Shown here piece by piece: positions 17,145 through 26,853 of a DNA stretch of 64,000 nucleotides. The notes beneath the pieces are model-generated. The model did not search any database. It saw only the letters and a program-made list of their open reading frames with translations, and was not told the DNA's origin. The stretch comes from Candidatus Levyibacteriota bacterium. Its GTDB lineage: Bacteria > Patescibacteriota > Microgenomatia > Levybacterales > UBA12049. The translations under genes and the position numbers were made by a program. The stretch covers positions 5,510 through 69,509 of the forward strand of contig JBDRBE010000004.1 in assembly GCA_043823085.1 (NCBI GenBank), read 5' to 3'. The first letter of the stretch is position 1. Each line of letters opens with the position of its first letter.

Positions 17145-19094
17145 ATGTTTTTAAATTTCCTCGCAGTTTTTTTTAATTTCTTTTATTTTTTAATTGCAAT
17201 CTTTTTTGCTTTATATATTCCGGGAAATATTCTAAATAATAAAATTCTTCATGTCTTTGGAAGTAAATTTGAAAAAATCGTAGTTAATTTAATAGTTGGC
17301 TTAGTTTTATGGAGTTATCAAGGTTTTATTTTTGGATTTTTAGACTTAAGATTTTTATCATATTTTTATCTTGTGTTTTTCTTTTATCTTTGGGTTAGAA
17401 ATAAATCAATAAAAAATCTTAAGTCTCAACTGTTCGGTCTTATTAAAATAAAGCCAAATTATTTTCTTGCTGCAATTTTTATTTTAGGAATTTTTGGACA
17501 GGTTCAGCAATTTTTAATAACAGGATGGTCCTTTTCCAAAGGAATTTTTATTTTAACCGCATCAAGCGATGATGCTTTTTGGCATGCATCGCTTATCAAT
17601 CAAATTGTAAGCAGATTTCCTCCGATTGAACCTGGTTTGTCCGGAGTTTTAGTTCGTAACTATCATTATTTATCGAATTTAACTATCGCCGAATTCGTTA
17701 GGGTTTTTAATCTTCCGCTTCTTCCAACGCAATTTATTTATAGCTACTTATTAATTTCATTTCTTCTTGGTGCGGTAGCTTATGTGTTGGCGAAAACATT
17801 GAATTTTTCAAAAATAGGTATAATTTTACTTGTTTATTTTCAGTATTTTAATTCTGACATAATATATTTATTAACATTAGCTACGAGAAGATTAGTTGAG
17901 TTTAAAGTCTCTCCATTAGAAGATGGAACAATGCTTTTGGAAAATCCACCGAGAGCTTTTTCCTATGTTGTTTTACTTGCAGGAATTATTTTTCTTTTTT
18001 ATTGGTTGAAAACTAAAAATCTAAGATTCGGAATACTAATGGCATTGCTTTTTGGTTCATTAATTGGATTTAAGGTTAATACAGGAGTGCCTGCTCTTTT
18101 AGGTCTTTCTTTGCTTGGAATTTATTTTATCTTAAAGAAGGAAGTGAAAATGGTTTTTGTGCTTTTATTAACTGTATTTATAAGTTTTTGTATTTATTTA
18201 CCCGTAAATAGAGAAGCGGGATTTTTATTATTTGCACCTTTTGAAATGTCCAGAATGTTTATTGTTCAGCCTGGTTTAAATATCAGCCATTTTGAGCTAG
18301 CCAGAAGAATATATGCCAGTCATTTTAATTTTCTCCAGTCGATTAGAATGGATTTAACAATTTTTATTATTTTTTTCGTTTCCCAATTTGGAATTGCCAA
18401 TATTGGTTTTATTGCCGTTAAAAATATGCTTTTAAAATTTAACAAGCTTTTTGTGTTATTTATATATAGCACTATTTTATTTTCTATTATTTTGGGTACA
18501 TTTTTTATCCAGCCGGTAGCATTTTCTGATATTTTTAATTTTTATCTTACTTCAAGCCTGCTTTTATTTATCCCTTCGGCTTTTATATTGAGTTCGTTAT
18601 TTTTAAATAAAAGTAAATTATTAAAAGTGTCGGTTATAATCTTGATTTTACTTATGACAGTTCCTCGTTGGATCAATAAAACGCAATCTTTCGCAGGTTA
18701 TTTCAATTTAAATACGCCGGCTATTCCAAGAAATGAGCTTGATGCAATGCAATCTCTTCAAGATTTGACAAAATCAAATGAAATAGTATTAGTTTTTAAT
18801 AAAGGCCAGTGGGATTCGATGTATCCTTATGTAAGTATATTTACAAAAAGAGACATGTTTTTATCAGGACAAACAATTTTGTCAAGACATAGTATTCCTT
18901 TTGAAGATAGGGCAAAAATCGTAGAAAAAATAATTTCAAGTAAAGATATGGTTGAAATTAGAGGGATATTGATAGAAAATAAGATTGGCATCCTATATTT
19001 TTACGGCGAACCAAATTTATCTATAGATATTTCTAAAGTAGGAGTAAAGACGATTTTTAAAAACAATGCTATTAGCATTTATAGAGTAATTTAA
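17145..19094 (+). CDS. Large polytopic membrane protein, candidate GT-C (paralog of 44608-46482)
   Basis: 649 aa, more than 12 TM segments. The block HASLINQIVSRFPPIEPGLSGVLVRNYHY aligns with HVPFIRSFSLGNNFPAEVPFFANNGLIYHF in the 44608 gene. Confidence 0.55.
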   Translation: MFLNFLAVFFNFFYFLIAIFFALYIPGNILNNKILHVFGSKFEKIVVNLIVGLVLWSYQGFIFGFLDLRFLSYFYLVFFFYLWVRNKSIKNLKSQLFGLIKIKPNYFLAAIFILGIFGQVQQFLITGWSFSKGIFILTASSDDAFWHASLINQIVSRFPPIEPGLSGVLVRNYHYLSNLTIAEFVRVFNLPLLPTQFIYSYLLISFLLGAVAYVLAKTLNFSKIGIILLVYFQYFNSDIIYLLTLATRRLVEFKVSPLEDGTMLLENPPRAFSYVVLLAGIIFLFYWLKTKNLRFGILMALLFGSLIGFKVNTGVPALLGLSLLGIYFILKKEVKMVFVLLLTVFISFCIYLPVNREAGFLLFAPFEMSRMFIVQPGLNISHFELARRIYASHFNFLQSIRMDLTIFIIFFVSQFGIANIGFIAVKNMLLKFNKLFVLFIYSTILFSIILGTFFIQPVAFSDIFNFYLTSSLLLFIPSAFILSSLFLNKSKLLKVSVIILILLMTVPRWINKTQSFAGYFNLNTPAIPRNELDAMQSLQDLTKSNEIVLVFNKGQWDSMYPYVSIFTKRDMFLSGQTILSRHSIPFEDRAKIVEKIISSKDMVEIRGILIENKIGILYFYGEPNLSIDISKVGVKTIFKNNAISIYRVI

Positions 19095-19098
19095 AAAT

Positions 19099-19863
19099 AT
19101 GAAACTTTCAGCGATTGTTATTGCCAAAAACGAAGAGAATATGATTGCGGATTGCTTAGATAGTCTTTCGTTTTGCGATGAGGTTATCGTTATTGATAAT
19201 GGATCAACTGATCGGACATCGGAAATTGCCAAAAAAATGGGAGCAGAGATATTTATCTGTCAAACAGATGATTTTTCAGAGATGAGAAATTTTGGTCTAT
19301 CTAAGGCAAAAAATGAATGGATTTTATATGTGGATGCGGATGAGCGCGTCACAAGTGAGCTTGTACACGATATCAAATATCAAATATTAAATATCAAAGA
19401 CGTAAATATCACTGCGTTTAATATTAAGAGAAAGAATTTTTATTTTGGTTCGCAAGCGGAGAATGAGTGGCCGTACATAGAACATTTAGAGAGACTGTTT
19501 AAAAAAGAAAATCTGAAAGGTTGGAGGGGAAAACTTCATGAGAGTCCTATTATTGAGGGTAAAGTGGGGGAGTTAGAGGGATTTTTATTGCATTATACTC
19601 ATCAGGATCTTTCTTCAATGCTGGAAAAAACCATCGAGTGGTCAAAAACAGAGGCAGAGTTAAGATTAAAAGCAAATCATCCCAAAATGACCTGGTGGCG
19701 GTTTCCCAGGGTAATGGTAAGTGCTTTTTTAAATTCTTATATCAGGCAAGGCGGATGGAAAGTCGGAACAATGGGGTTAGTTGAAAGCATTTATCAATCT
19801 TTTAGTATTTTTATAACCTACGCCAGGCTTTGGGAGTTACAAAATAGAGAAAATGCAAATTAA
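19099..19863 (+). CDS. Family-2 glycosyltransferase, WaaE/KdtX-like
   Basis: Motifs LSAIVIAKNEE..VIVIDNGSTDRT..YVDADERVTSEL. Paralog of 14576 and 41143. Confidence 0.75.
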   Translation: MKLSAIVIAKNEENMIADCLDSLSFCDEVIVIDNGSTDRTSEIAKKMGAEIFICQTDDFSEMRNFGLSKAKNEWILYVDADERVTSELVHDIKYQILNIKDVNITAFNIKRKNFYFGSQAENEWPYIEHLERLFKKENLKGWRGKLHESPIIEGKVGELEGFLLHYTHQDLSSMLEKTIEWSKTEAELRLKANHPKMTWWRFPRVMVSAFLNSYIRQGGWKVGTMGLVESIYQSFSIFITYARLWELQNRENAN

Positions 19864-22198
19864 AATTAAAAAATTTTTAATTACTTTTTGGCCGGTTATT
19901 TTTATTTTTTTTGTTTGGTTTATTTTTGCCAGCCCATATTTTTTAAAAGCAAGTGTTCCATTCTCGTCGACTTATCAAGTTAATTTTTTTCCTCCCTGGA
20001 ATGCTTACCCTCAATTTGGAAGTCCTATTAAAAATAACGCCATGCCGGATGTAATTAACCAAATATATCCTTGGAGACATTTGGCTATTGAAATCTGGAG
20101 AAGTGGTCAAATTCCACTTTGGAATCAATACAGTTTTTCGGGCACGCCCCTTTTGGCAAATTACCAGTCTGCTGTTTTGTCGCCCTTTAATGTTTTGTTT
20201 TTTGTTTTGCCTTTTGTTGATGCCTGGAGCGTTCTTGTTTTACTTCAACCTTTATTGGCAGGATTTTTTATGTATTTATTGTTGAGAAGTTTAGGAAGAA
20301 GTAACTCTGCAAGTACGATTGGTTCGATTTCATTTATGTTTTGCGGTTTTATTACTACTTGGCTTGGATACGCAACGCTTGGGTATGCAATTTTATTTTT
20401 GCCCTTATCAATTTACGCTATTGAAAATTATTATAATTCAAATAGGTTACGATTCTTATTCTTACTTTCTATAACTATTCCTCTCTCTTTTTTTAGCGGA
20501 CATTTCCAGATAAGTATTTATTTTTTTATTCTTACAGTTATATATATTTTTTATAAATCTATTTCGACAAAAAAGATGCGTAACAATTTGTTTTTAATGC
20601 TTTATGTTTTTTTTGGCCTACTTCTCTCACTCCCGCAGATTCTGCCTTCTATTGAATTTTATTTTCAAGCTGTTAGAAGTAATATCTTTGAAAAGGCAGA
20701 GGCTATTCCTTGGCAGTATGTTTCTACATTTTTAGCTCCTGATTTTTTTGGCAACCCGGTGACAAGAAATGATTGGTTCGGTCATTATGCGGAATGGAAT
20801 GCTTATCTAGGAATTATCCCGTTCTTATTGGTTATTTACAGTTTATTGATCAAAAAAAGATTTCATACAATTTTTTTATTCATTCTTGGTATTTTAGTAC
20901 TTTTTTTAGCATTTGATACGCCAATTCTTGATTTAATGGTCAATTTGCATATCCCAGTGCTGGCAACGAGTGCCGCCAGTCGAATTATAGTAGTTTTTAG
21001 TTTCTTATTTGCGATTCTTGCGGCTTATGGATGCGATGATTTAATTAAAGATATTAATAAAGAGAAGATAAAGAAAATATCAATGTGGTTATTTATTTTT
21101 TTTCTTGCGTTTTCTTTCATGTGGTCAATTATTTTTCTTAAACTTTTTATGCCGCTTGATAAAATTAGTATCGCCAAAAGTAATCTCATTTTGCCCACAA
21201 TTATATTTTTATTTTTTGCTTTCTCAATTTTTTTGATGGTTTTTTTAAAACATCAAAAAAAGCCTCTCTTATTTATATTCCCTTTTATAATTATCGCTCT
21301 TATTGCATTTGATATGCTTCGATTTGCAACAAAGTGGCAGGCTTTTGACCCGAAAAATTTAGTTTTTGCTAATGTTGGAATTGCTGAAGGTTTTTCAAAA
21401 ATTGCCGGTTACCAAAGAGTTCTCGGAAACTTCGGAGCTGAAGCTTCGGTTTATTATCATCTACCATCAGTTGAAGGTTATGATTCTTTATATAGTGAAA
21501 GATATGGAGAATTTATGTCCACTTTGAATGATGGTAAAATTCAAAAAATTGGCAGGACTGTGGTTTCTTTTTCCAAAAACGATCTTTATACAAAGAAAGC
21601 AATAGATCTTCTTGGAATTAAATATATCGTTCATAAAATTGCAGATACGAATAAGGTTTGGACATTTCCTTATTGGTTATATCCGAAAAACATTTTTAAA
21701 TTGGTCTATTCAGACGATAAATATCAAATTTATGAAAATACGGATGTTTTACCTCGAGCTTTTCTGGTTCAAAACTATAGAGTTGTAAATTCTCCTCAAA
21801 AAATAATTGATGCAATACTTAGTGATAATTTTGACTTGAGAAAGGAAGTGGTTTTAGAGGAAAATCCTCAAATCAAAAATGTTGAGAATATAAAGGGTAA
21901 AGCAGAAATAATTAGTTATATAGATAATAAAATTAAAGTTAAAACAAATGCCGATAACGATTCGCTTTTATTTCTTTCGGATAGTTTTTACCCAGGTTGG
22001 AAAGCTTTTGTCGACGGAAAGGAAACAAAAATTTATCGTGCAGATTATGCGTTTAGAGCGGTTGCTGTTCTAAAAGGAGAGCATTTGGTTGAATTTATAT
22101 ATGATCCTTTTAGTTTCAAAATTGGAGTTTATAGTGCTATTTTGGGTTTAATTTTTATATTTGGGATACCTTCGGTATGGAGGAAAAAATTTATTTAG
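19853..22198 (+). CDS. YfhO-family large membrane protein (A2)
   Basis: 781 aa. INQIYPWRHL..IPLWNQYSFSGTPLLANYQSA; C-terminal FYPGWKAFVDGKETKIYRADYAFRAVAVLKGEHLVEFIY plus a terminal TM. Confidence 0.7.
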   Translation: MQIKIKKFLITFWPVIFIFFVWFIFASPYFLKASVPFSSTYQVNFFPPWNAYPQFGSPIKNNAMPDVINQIYPWRHLAIEIWRSGQIPLWNQYSFSGTPLLANYQSAVLSPFNVLFFVLPFVDAWSVLVLLQPLLAGFFMYLLLRSLGRSNSASTIGSISFMFCGFITTWLGYATLGYAILFLPLSIYAIENYYNSNRLRFLFLLSITIPLSFFSGHFQISIYFFILTVIYIFYKSISTKKMRNNLFLMLYVFFGLLLSLPQILPSIEFYFQAVRSNIFEKAEAIPWQYVSTFLAPDFFGNPVTRNDWFGHYAEWNAYLGIIPFLLVIYSLLIKKRFHTIFLFILGILVLFLAFDTPILDLMVNLHIPVLATSAASRIIVVFSFLFAILAAYGCDDLIKDINKEKIKKISMWLFIFFLAFSFMWSIIFLKLFMPLDKISIAKSNLILPTIIFLFFAFSIFLMVFLKHQKKPLLFIFPFIIIALIAFDMLRFATKWQAFDPKNLVFANVGIAEGFSKIAGYQRVLGNFGAEASVYYHLPSVEGYDSLYSERYGEFMSTLNDGKIQKIGRTVVSFSKNDLYTKKAIDLLGIKYIVHKIADTNKVWTFPYWLYPKNIFKLVYSDDKYQIYENTDVLPRAFLVQNYRVVNSPQKIIDAILSDNFDLRKEVVLEENPQIKNVENIKGKAEIISYIDNKIKVKTNADNDSLLFLSDSFYPGWKAFVDGKETKIYRADYAFRAVAVLKGEHLVEFIYDPFSFKIGVYSAILGLIFIFGIPSVWRKKFI

Positions 22199-22427
22199 AC
22201 CTCGGAAATTTAAGATCGCTTAACTTCATTTTGACTTTGGCGAAACCAAAAAGATAAACAATCTCAAGAATTCCAACCGTGTTTAAAACAAGAATTGCAA
22301 TAAACCAATAGAGCTGATTGTATTTTGATGCTTTCCAAAGCGCAAGTCCTTTCCAAAACAAAGACCATACAAGTACTATATAAAAATATATTGACGGCAG
22401 TTGAGGAAATCCTCCCAATAAATCCAT
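22191..22427 (-). CDS. Hypothetical small membrane protein (2 TM, Trp-rich)
   Basis: 78 aa ORF filling the ~290 bp gap between + strand genes; two clear hydrophobic helices. No family assigned. Confidence 0.4.
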   Translation of the reverse strand: MDLLGGFPQLPSIYFYIVLVWSLFWKGLALWKASKYNQLYWFIAILVLNTVGILEIVYLFGFAKVKMKLSDLKFPRSK

Positions 22428-22490
22428 AAGCAGATGCTAACATAGTAAAAAAAGCTTTGCAAGAGGCAAAAAAGTTGATAGAATTATGAA

Positions 22491-23561
22491 GTGAGAATTG
22501 GAATTTACGATCCTTATCTTCGAGGATTAGAGGGTGGAGAAAAGTACATGCTGACGATTGCCTCTTGTTTGTCAAAGAGTCATAATGTTAGTGTTTTTTG
22601 GGATGAGAAATTAATTTTAGATAGAGCAAGCGAAAAATTTGCCATAGATCTTAAAAAAGTTGGATTAGATAAAAATTTTTTTTCCGCAGACTTTAATACT
22701 TTCCAAAGAATAAAAGAACTTAGAAAATATGATAGAATAATTTTTTTAAGCGACGGGAGCATTCCTTTTATATTTTCCAAAAAACTAATTCTTCATTTTC
22801 AGTTTCCCGTCGAGTGGATTAGTCCATCATTAAAGACAAAATTTAAACTTTCCCGCGTAAAAAAAATTATTTGCAACTCTTATTTCACAAAGTTTTATAT
22901 TGATAATAAATTCAATGTAAACAGTGTTGTATTATACCCTCCGGTAGAGATAAAATACGACAATAAAATTAAAAAAGAAAATATCATCCTCCACATGGGA
23001 AGATTTGGGAGAACGATTGAAGGAGCAAACTATAAAAAACAAGATGTTATGATTAAAACTTTTTGTCAGATGATTGATGATGGTTTAAAGGACTGGAGAT
23101 TTGTTCTTGTTGTTGGTGTAAAAGAAGAAGATGAGGTGCGATTCCAAAGTTTAAAAAAAATGGCCACTGGTTATCCGATAGAATTTATTAAAAATCCTAC
23201 AAACAGTAAATTATGGGAAAATTATTCAAAGGCAAAAATCTATTGGCATGCGAGCGGTTTTGGTGAGGATTTAAAAAAACATCCAGAATACGCCGAGCAT
23301 TTTGGCATCTCAACTGTTGAAGCAATGGGTGCAGGATGTGTGCCCATAGTTATCAATGAAGGAGGACAAAAAGAAATAGTTGAGGATAATAAAAGTGGCT
23401 TTTTGTGGAATTCACTTGAACAATTAAAAAAACAAACATCAGAATTAATTAAAGATGGCGATTTATGGGAGAGATTATCAAAAGGATCAAAAAAAAGAGC
23501 GGAAATCTTTAGCGGTAATAGATTTTGTCGTGAAATTAACGAAATTATTGATGAAAAATAA
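22491..23561 (+). CDS. GT4-family (group 1) glycosyltransferase
   Basis: GTG start. C-terminal EHFGISTVEAMGAGCVPIVINEGGQKEIV is the GT-B/GT4 signature. Confidence 0.75.
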   Translation: MRIGIYDPYLRGLEGGEKYMLTIASCLSKSHNVSVFWDEKLILDRASEKFAIDLKKVGLDKNFFSADFNTFQRIKELRKYDRIIFLSDGSIPFIFSKKLILHFQFPVEWISPSLKTKFKLSRVKKIICNSYFTKFYIDNKFNVNSVVLYPPVEIKYDNKIKKENIILHMGRFGRTIEGANYKKQDVMIKTFCQMIDDGLKDWRFVLVVGVKEEDEVRFQSLKKMATGYPIEFIKNPTNSKLWENYSKAKIYWHASGFGEDLKKHPEYAEHFGISTVEAMGAGCVPIVINEGGQKEIVEDNKSGFLWNSLEQLKKQTSELIKDGDLWERLSKGSKKRAEIFSGNRFCREINEIIDEK

Positions 23562-25830
23562 ATTTTTACCTCTGGTTTTTATTTGTGTTGTTTTTTTTAT
23601 TTTCTTTAGGTCCTTTCTTTTTCAAGGAAGATTACCCATCCCTTCAGATACTATTATTGGACTTTATCATCCTTTCCGCGATTATTACGCAAAAGAGTAT
23701 CCAAACGGAATTCCTTTTAAAAATTTTCTCATAACAGATCCTGTAAGACAGCAGTATCCTTGGCGAAATTTAGTAGTTACGCTTGAGAAAAAATTAGAAC
23801 TGCCTCTTTGGAATCCTTATTCATTTTCGGGAATGCCGCTTTTAGCAAATTTTCAGTCAGCTGTTTTTTATCCATTAAATTTTTTATTTTTTATTTTTCC
23901 TTTTTATCTTGCCTGGAGCATCTTGATTTTCTTGCAGCCATTAATGGCGTGCGTTTTTTTATATTTCTTTTTAAGAAACTTAAAAATCGAGAAATTACCA
24001 AGTTTATTTGGTTCGATGACATTTGCATTTTCCGGTTTTTTTATTGCGTGGCTTGAATGGGGAACGGTAATTCATACAGCTTTATGGTTGCCTTTAATAT
24101 TATTGTCGATAGACAAAATATTTATAAACTCAAAACTACAACTCAAAAATAAAAGCTTATTGCTCTGGACCCTTATTTTCATTTTTTCTCTTGTTTCTTC
24201 TTTTTTTGCAGGGCATCTTCAGACTTTTTTTTATCTTTTTATTTTTTCAGTGGTATTTCTGTTGATCAGATGGTGGCAGTACGGGAGGAATAAAAAAGCG
24301 GTTTTGCTATTTGCTATTTGCTTCCTGCTATTTGCTATTTTAACTTCAATTCAATGGGCGCCAACGTTGCAATTAATAGGTTTTTCTTCAAGAAGTATTG
24401 ATCAGTCATGGCATGATCCCGGATGGTTTATTCCCTGGCAAAATTTAGTGCAGTTTTTGATTCCCGATTTTTTTGGTAATCCGGCAACGTTAAATTATTG
24501 GGGGGTTTGGAATTACGGGGAATTTATAGGGTATGTAGGATTGCTTCCGTTAATGATGGCAATATTTGCTCTTTTTTTCAGGCGAGACAAAAAAACCTTA
24601 TTTTTTGGATTCTTATTTTTTCTCTCTTTGATTTTTTCATTGCCTACAATTTTTGCAAAGGCTCCATTTTTTCTAAAAATTCCATTTATTAGTACGTCTC
24701 AACCAACAAGACTTTTATTCATTACTGATTTTTGTTTGGCAGTTTTATCTGCAGTAGGCTTTGAACATTTTTTAAAAAACAAAAAAGGAATATTCTACGT
24801 TTTGGGATTTATCGGTTTTATTTTTGTTTCAGTTTGGGCATTTATTGTTATTGGAAAAGGTTTTAAAATCATAACTTTTGAGAATTTGAGTATCGCAAAA
24901 AATAATCTATTGCTTCCCACGGTTTTGTTTATTTTTTTCTTTATTCTAATATCAATTTATAAATTGTATCCCCAAAAAAATAAATATAGATTATTTATTT
25001 TATTAATAATTCCATATATTATGCTGTTTGGATTAATTTTTGATTTAGTACGTTTTGGGTGGAAGTTTACCCCTTTTAATCCAAAAGATTATCTTTTTCC
25101 GCAAACCTCAACAATCAAATTCTTGAAGGAACAGGAGGGACTTTTTAGAATTATGTCAAGCGATAGTACTATACTTCCGCCAAATTTTTCCGTTTTTTTC
25201 CGCTTGCAAAGCGTTGACGGGTATGATCCGTTGTATATTCAAAGATATGCGGAGTTAATGGCGGCTTATGGAAGAATGAAGCCTGATATTCACGAGCCTT
25301 TTGGATTTAATCGTATAATTACTCCGCAAAATCAGGGACGCATTATGAATTTTTTAGGCGTTAAGTATGTTATTAGCGGAAAAAGTAATTTTCCTCCGGA
25401 AAATTTAGAAAAAGTTTTTAGCGAAGGAGAGATCACGGTTTACAAAAACAAAGAAGCATTTGATAGATTCTTCTTTGTGGCAGATACAATAGTTGTTAAA
25501 GACAAGCAGTCTGCAATTGAAGCGATGTTCGATACAAACTATCTTCTTAATGAGAGAGCAATAATCGAGAATACTAATGAGCAGAAACTTATTAACGCAA
25601 ATTGGTCAAAAGGCAGCGTTGTCTTATTAAAATATACTGAAAATAAAGTTTTAATAAAAACATACAATAAAGGAAATGGGTTTTTGGTTTTTACCGATAC
25701 TTATTATCCTACTTGGCATGTTAGAATTGATGGAGTAGAAACGAAAATATATTTGACTGATTTTAATTTCCGGGGAATAATTGTCCCTAAGGGAACGCAC
25801 ATGATAGAGTTTTCTGATTCATTATTTTAA
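23551..25830 (+). CDS. YfhO-family large membrane protein (A3)
   Basis: Start chosen at MKNKFLPL (ATG 23551, overlapping the GT4 stop by 11 nt) rather than ORF start 23455. RQQYPWRNL..LPLWNPYSFSGMPLLANFQSAVFYP; C-terminal YYPTWHVRIDGVETKIYLTDFNFRGIIVPKGTHMIEF. Confidence 0.7.
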   Translation: MKNKFLPLVFICVVFFIFFRSFLFQGRLPIPSDTIIGLYHPFRDYYAKEYPNGIPFKNFLITDPVRQQYPWRNLVVTLEKKLELPLWNPYSFSGMPLLANFQSAVFYPLNFLFFIFPFYLAWSILIFLQPLMACVFLYFFLRNLKIEKLPSLFGSMTFAFSGFFIAWLEWGTVIHTALWLPLILLSIDKIFINSKLQLKNKSLLLWTLIFIFSLVSSFFAGHLQTFFYLFIFSVVFLLIRWWQYGRNKKAVLLFAICFLLFAILTSIQWAPTLQLIGFSSRSIDQSWHDPGWFIPWQNLVQFLIPDFFGNPATLNYWGVWNYGEFIGYVGLLPLMMAIFALFFRRDKKTLFFGFLFFLSLIFSLPTIFAKAPFFLKIPFISTSQPTRLLFITDFCLAVLSAVGFEHFLKNKKGIFYVLGFIGFIFVSVWAFIVIGKGFKIITFENLSIAKNNLLLPTVLFIFFFILISIYKLYPQKNKYRLFILLIIPYIMLFGLIFDLVRFGWKFTPFNPKDYLFPQTSTIKFLKEQEGLFRIMSSDSTILPPNFSVFFRLQSVDGYDPLYIQRYAELMAAYGRMKPDIHEPFGFNRIITPQNQGRIMNFLGVKYVISGKSNFPPENLEKVFSEGEITVYKNKEAFDRFFFVADTIVVKDKQSAIEAMFDTNYLLNERAIIENTNEQKLINANWSKGSVVLLKYTENKVLIKTYNKGNGFLVFTDTYYPTWHVRIDGVETKIYLTDFNFRGIIVPKGTHMIEFSDSLF
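24305..24340. repeat. Interrupted heptamer repeat tgctatt x2 + tgcttcc + tgctatt x2
   Basis: Read directly. The same ATTTGCT/TGCTATT unit recurs at 36056-36083 and 40139-40156 in other gene families. Encodes LLFAICFLLFAIL. Confidence 0.5.
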
Positions 25831-25833
25831 CTT

Positions 25834-26781
25834 ATGAATATCAGTATTGTTATTCCGAATTATAATGGGGAAGAGTTATTAGAAAAGAATTTACCAAAAG
25901 TAATAGAAGCAATTTCCGAGTATAATGGCGGCGAGATTGAATTTGTTATAGTCGATGACGGTTCGACGGATGATTCAATTGAGAAAATCAAAAATCAAAA
26001 ATCAAAAATCAAAAATACAAATGTAAAATTAAAAATTATTGAAAATTCGAAGAATTTAGGATTTTCCTCAACAGTTAATCGTGGAGTAAAAGAGTCAATG
26101 GGGGAGATTATTATTCTGCTCAATACAGATGTTATACCAGAGAAGAATTTTTTAGGACCTCTTCTTTTGCATTTTAACGATCCAAATGTTTTTGCTGTTG
26201 GATGTATGGATAAAAGCATAGAGGATGGTAAGGTTATTTTGCGAGGCAGGGGGATTGGCAGATGGGAGAGAGGATTTTTTGTTCACAAGAGAGGGGAGGT
26301 TGATAAGAAAGATACGCTTTGGGTCAATGGGGGCAGTGGCGCTTTTAGGAAATCAATTTGGGATAAGATTGGAGGTTTCAATGAACTTTATAATCCTTTT
26401 TATTGGGAAGATATTGATCTTTCCTATCGTGCACAAAAAATGGGCTATAAAATATTATTTGAACCCAAAAGTATAGTTGTTCACGAGCATGAGAAAGGGA
26501 TTATTAAGAAGAAAATGTCTTTATCAAAAATTAAAACAGTCGCCTATCGGAATCAAATAATTTTTACTTGGTTAAACATCACCGATTTAGATTGGCAGTT
26601 TCAGCATTTTTTTTGGTTGCCCTATCATCTCTTTAAATCTTTGATACACAGGAACAGGGAGTTTTTAATTGGTTTTTTTCAAGCTCTAATTTTACTTCCA
26701 AAGATTATAAAAACATCTTCCAAAATACAGAAGTTATTCGTAAAAAAAGATAAGGAAATTATTGGAGATTTTTTAGAATGA
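25834..26781 (+). CDS. Family-2 glycosyltransferase
   Basis: Motifs ISIVIPNYNGEE..FVIVDDGSTDDS..NLGFSSTVNRG..LLNTDV..YWEDIDLSYR. Confidence 0.75.
   Translation: MNISIVIPNYNGEELLEKNLPKVIEAISEYNGGEIEFVIVDDGSTDDSIEKIKNQKSKIKNTNVKLKIIENSKNLGFSSTVNRGVKESMGEIIILLNTDVIPEKNFLGPLLLHFNDPNVFAVGCMDKSIEDGKVILRGRGIGRWERGFFVHKRGEVDKKDTLWVNGGSGAFRKSIWDKIGGFNELYNPFYWEDIDLSYRAQKMGYKILFEPKSIVVHEHEKGIIKKKMSLSKIKTVAYRNQIIFTWLNITDLDWQFQHFFWLPYHLFKSLIHRNREFLIGFFQALILLPKIIKTSSKIQKLFVKKDKEIIGDFLE
25986..26015. repeat. Perfect heptanucleotide tandem repeat (aatcaaa)x4 inside a GT2 CDS
   Basis: aatcaaa aatcaaa aatcaaa aatcaaa aat read directly. Encodes KIKNQKSKIKN in the linker after the DDGS motif. Confidence 0.8.
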
Positions 26782-26834
26782 CCCTTCGACTTTACTCAGG
26801 CCTTTGGCTCTGAGGCTCAGGCTCGAAGAGGTCA
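26779..26834. repeat. GC-rich imperfect hairpin element at a gene 3' end (tgacccttcga...tcgaagaggtca)
   Basis: Outer inverted repeat tgacccttcga/tcgaagaggtca plus an inner hairpin ctcag-gcctttggct-ctgag. Shares cccttcgact...ctcagg with the in-frame insert at 16337-16382. It spans the stop codon of the 25834 gene. May act as a terminator, but there is no downstream T-run. Confidence 0.55.
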
Positions 26835-26853
26835 TAGTGAGTTAATCGAATCT

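Noticed and set aside
22264-22575. 103-aa minus-strand ORF overlapping the start of the GT4 gene
   Set aside because: Overlaps the better-supported GT4 CDS and the 78-aa ORF, with no recognisable features. Only the 22191-22427 ORF was kept, and that with low confidence.
23455-23550. Upstream extension of the YfhO-like ORF (MAIYGRDYQK...)
   Set aside because: It would overlap the GT4 gene by ~100 nt in another frame. The ATG at 23551 gives the hydrophobic N-terminus conserved in the paralogs.
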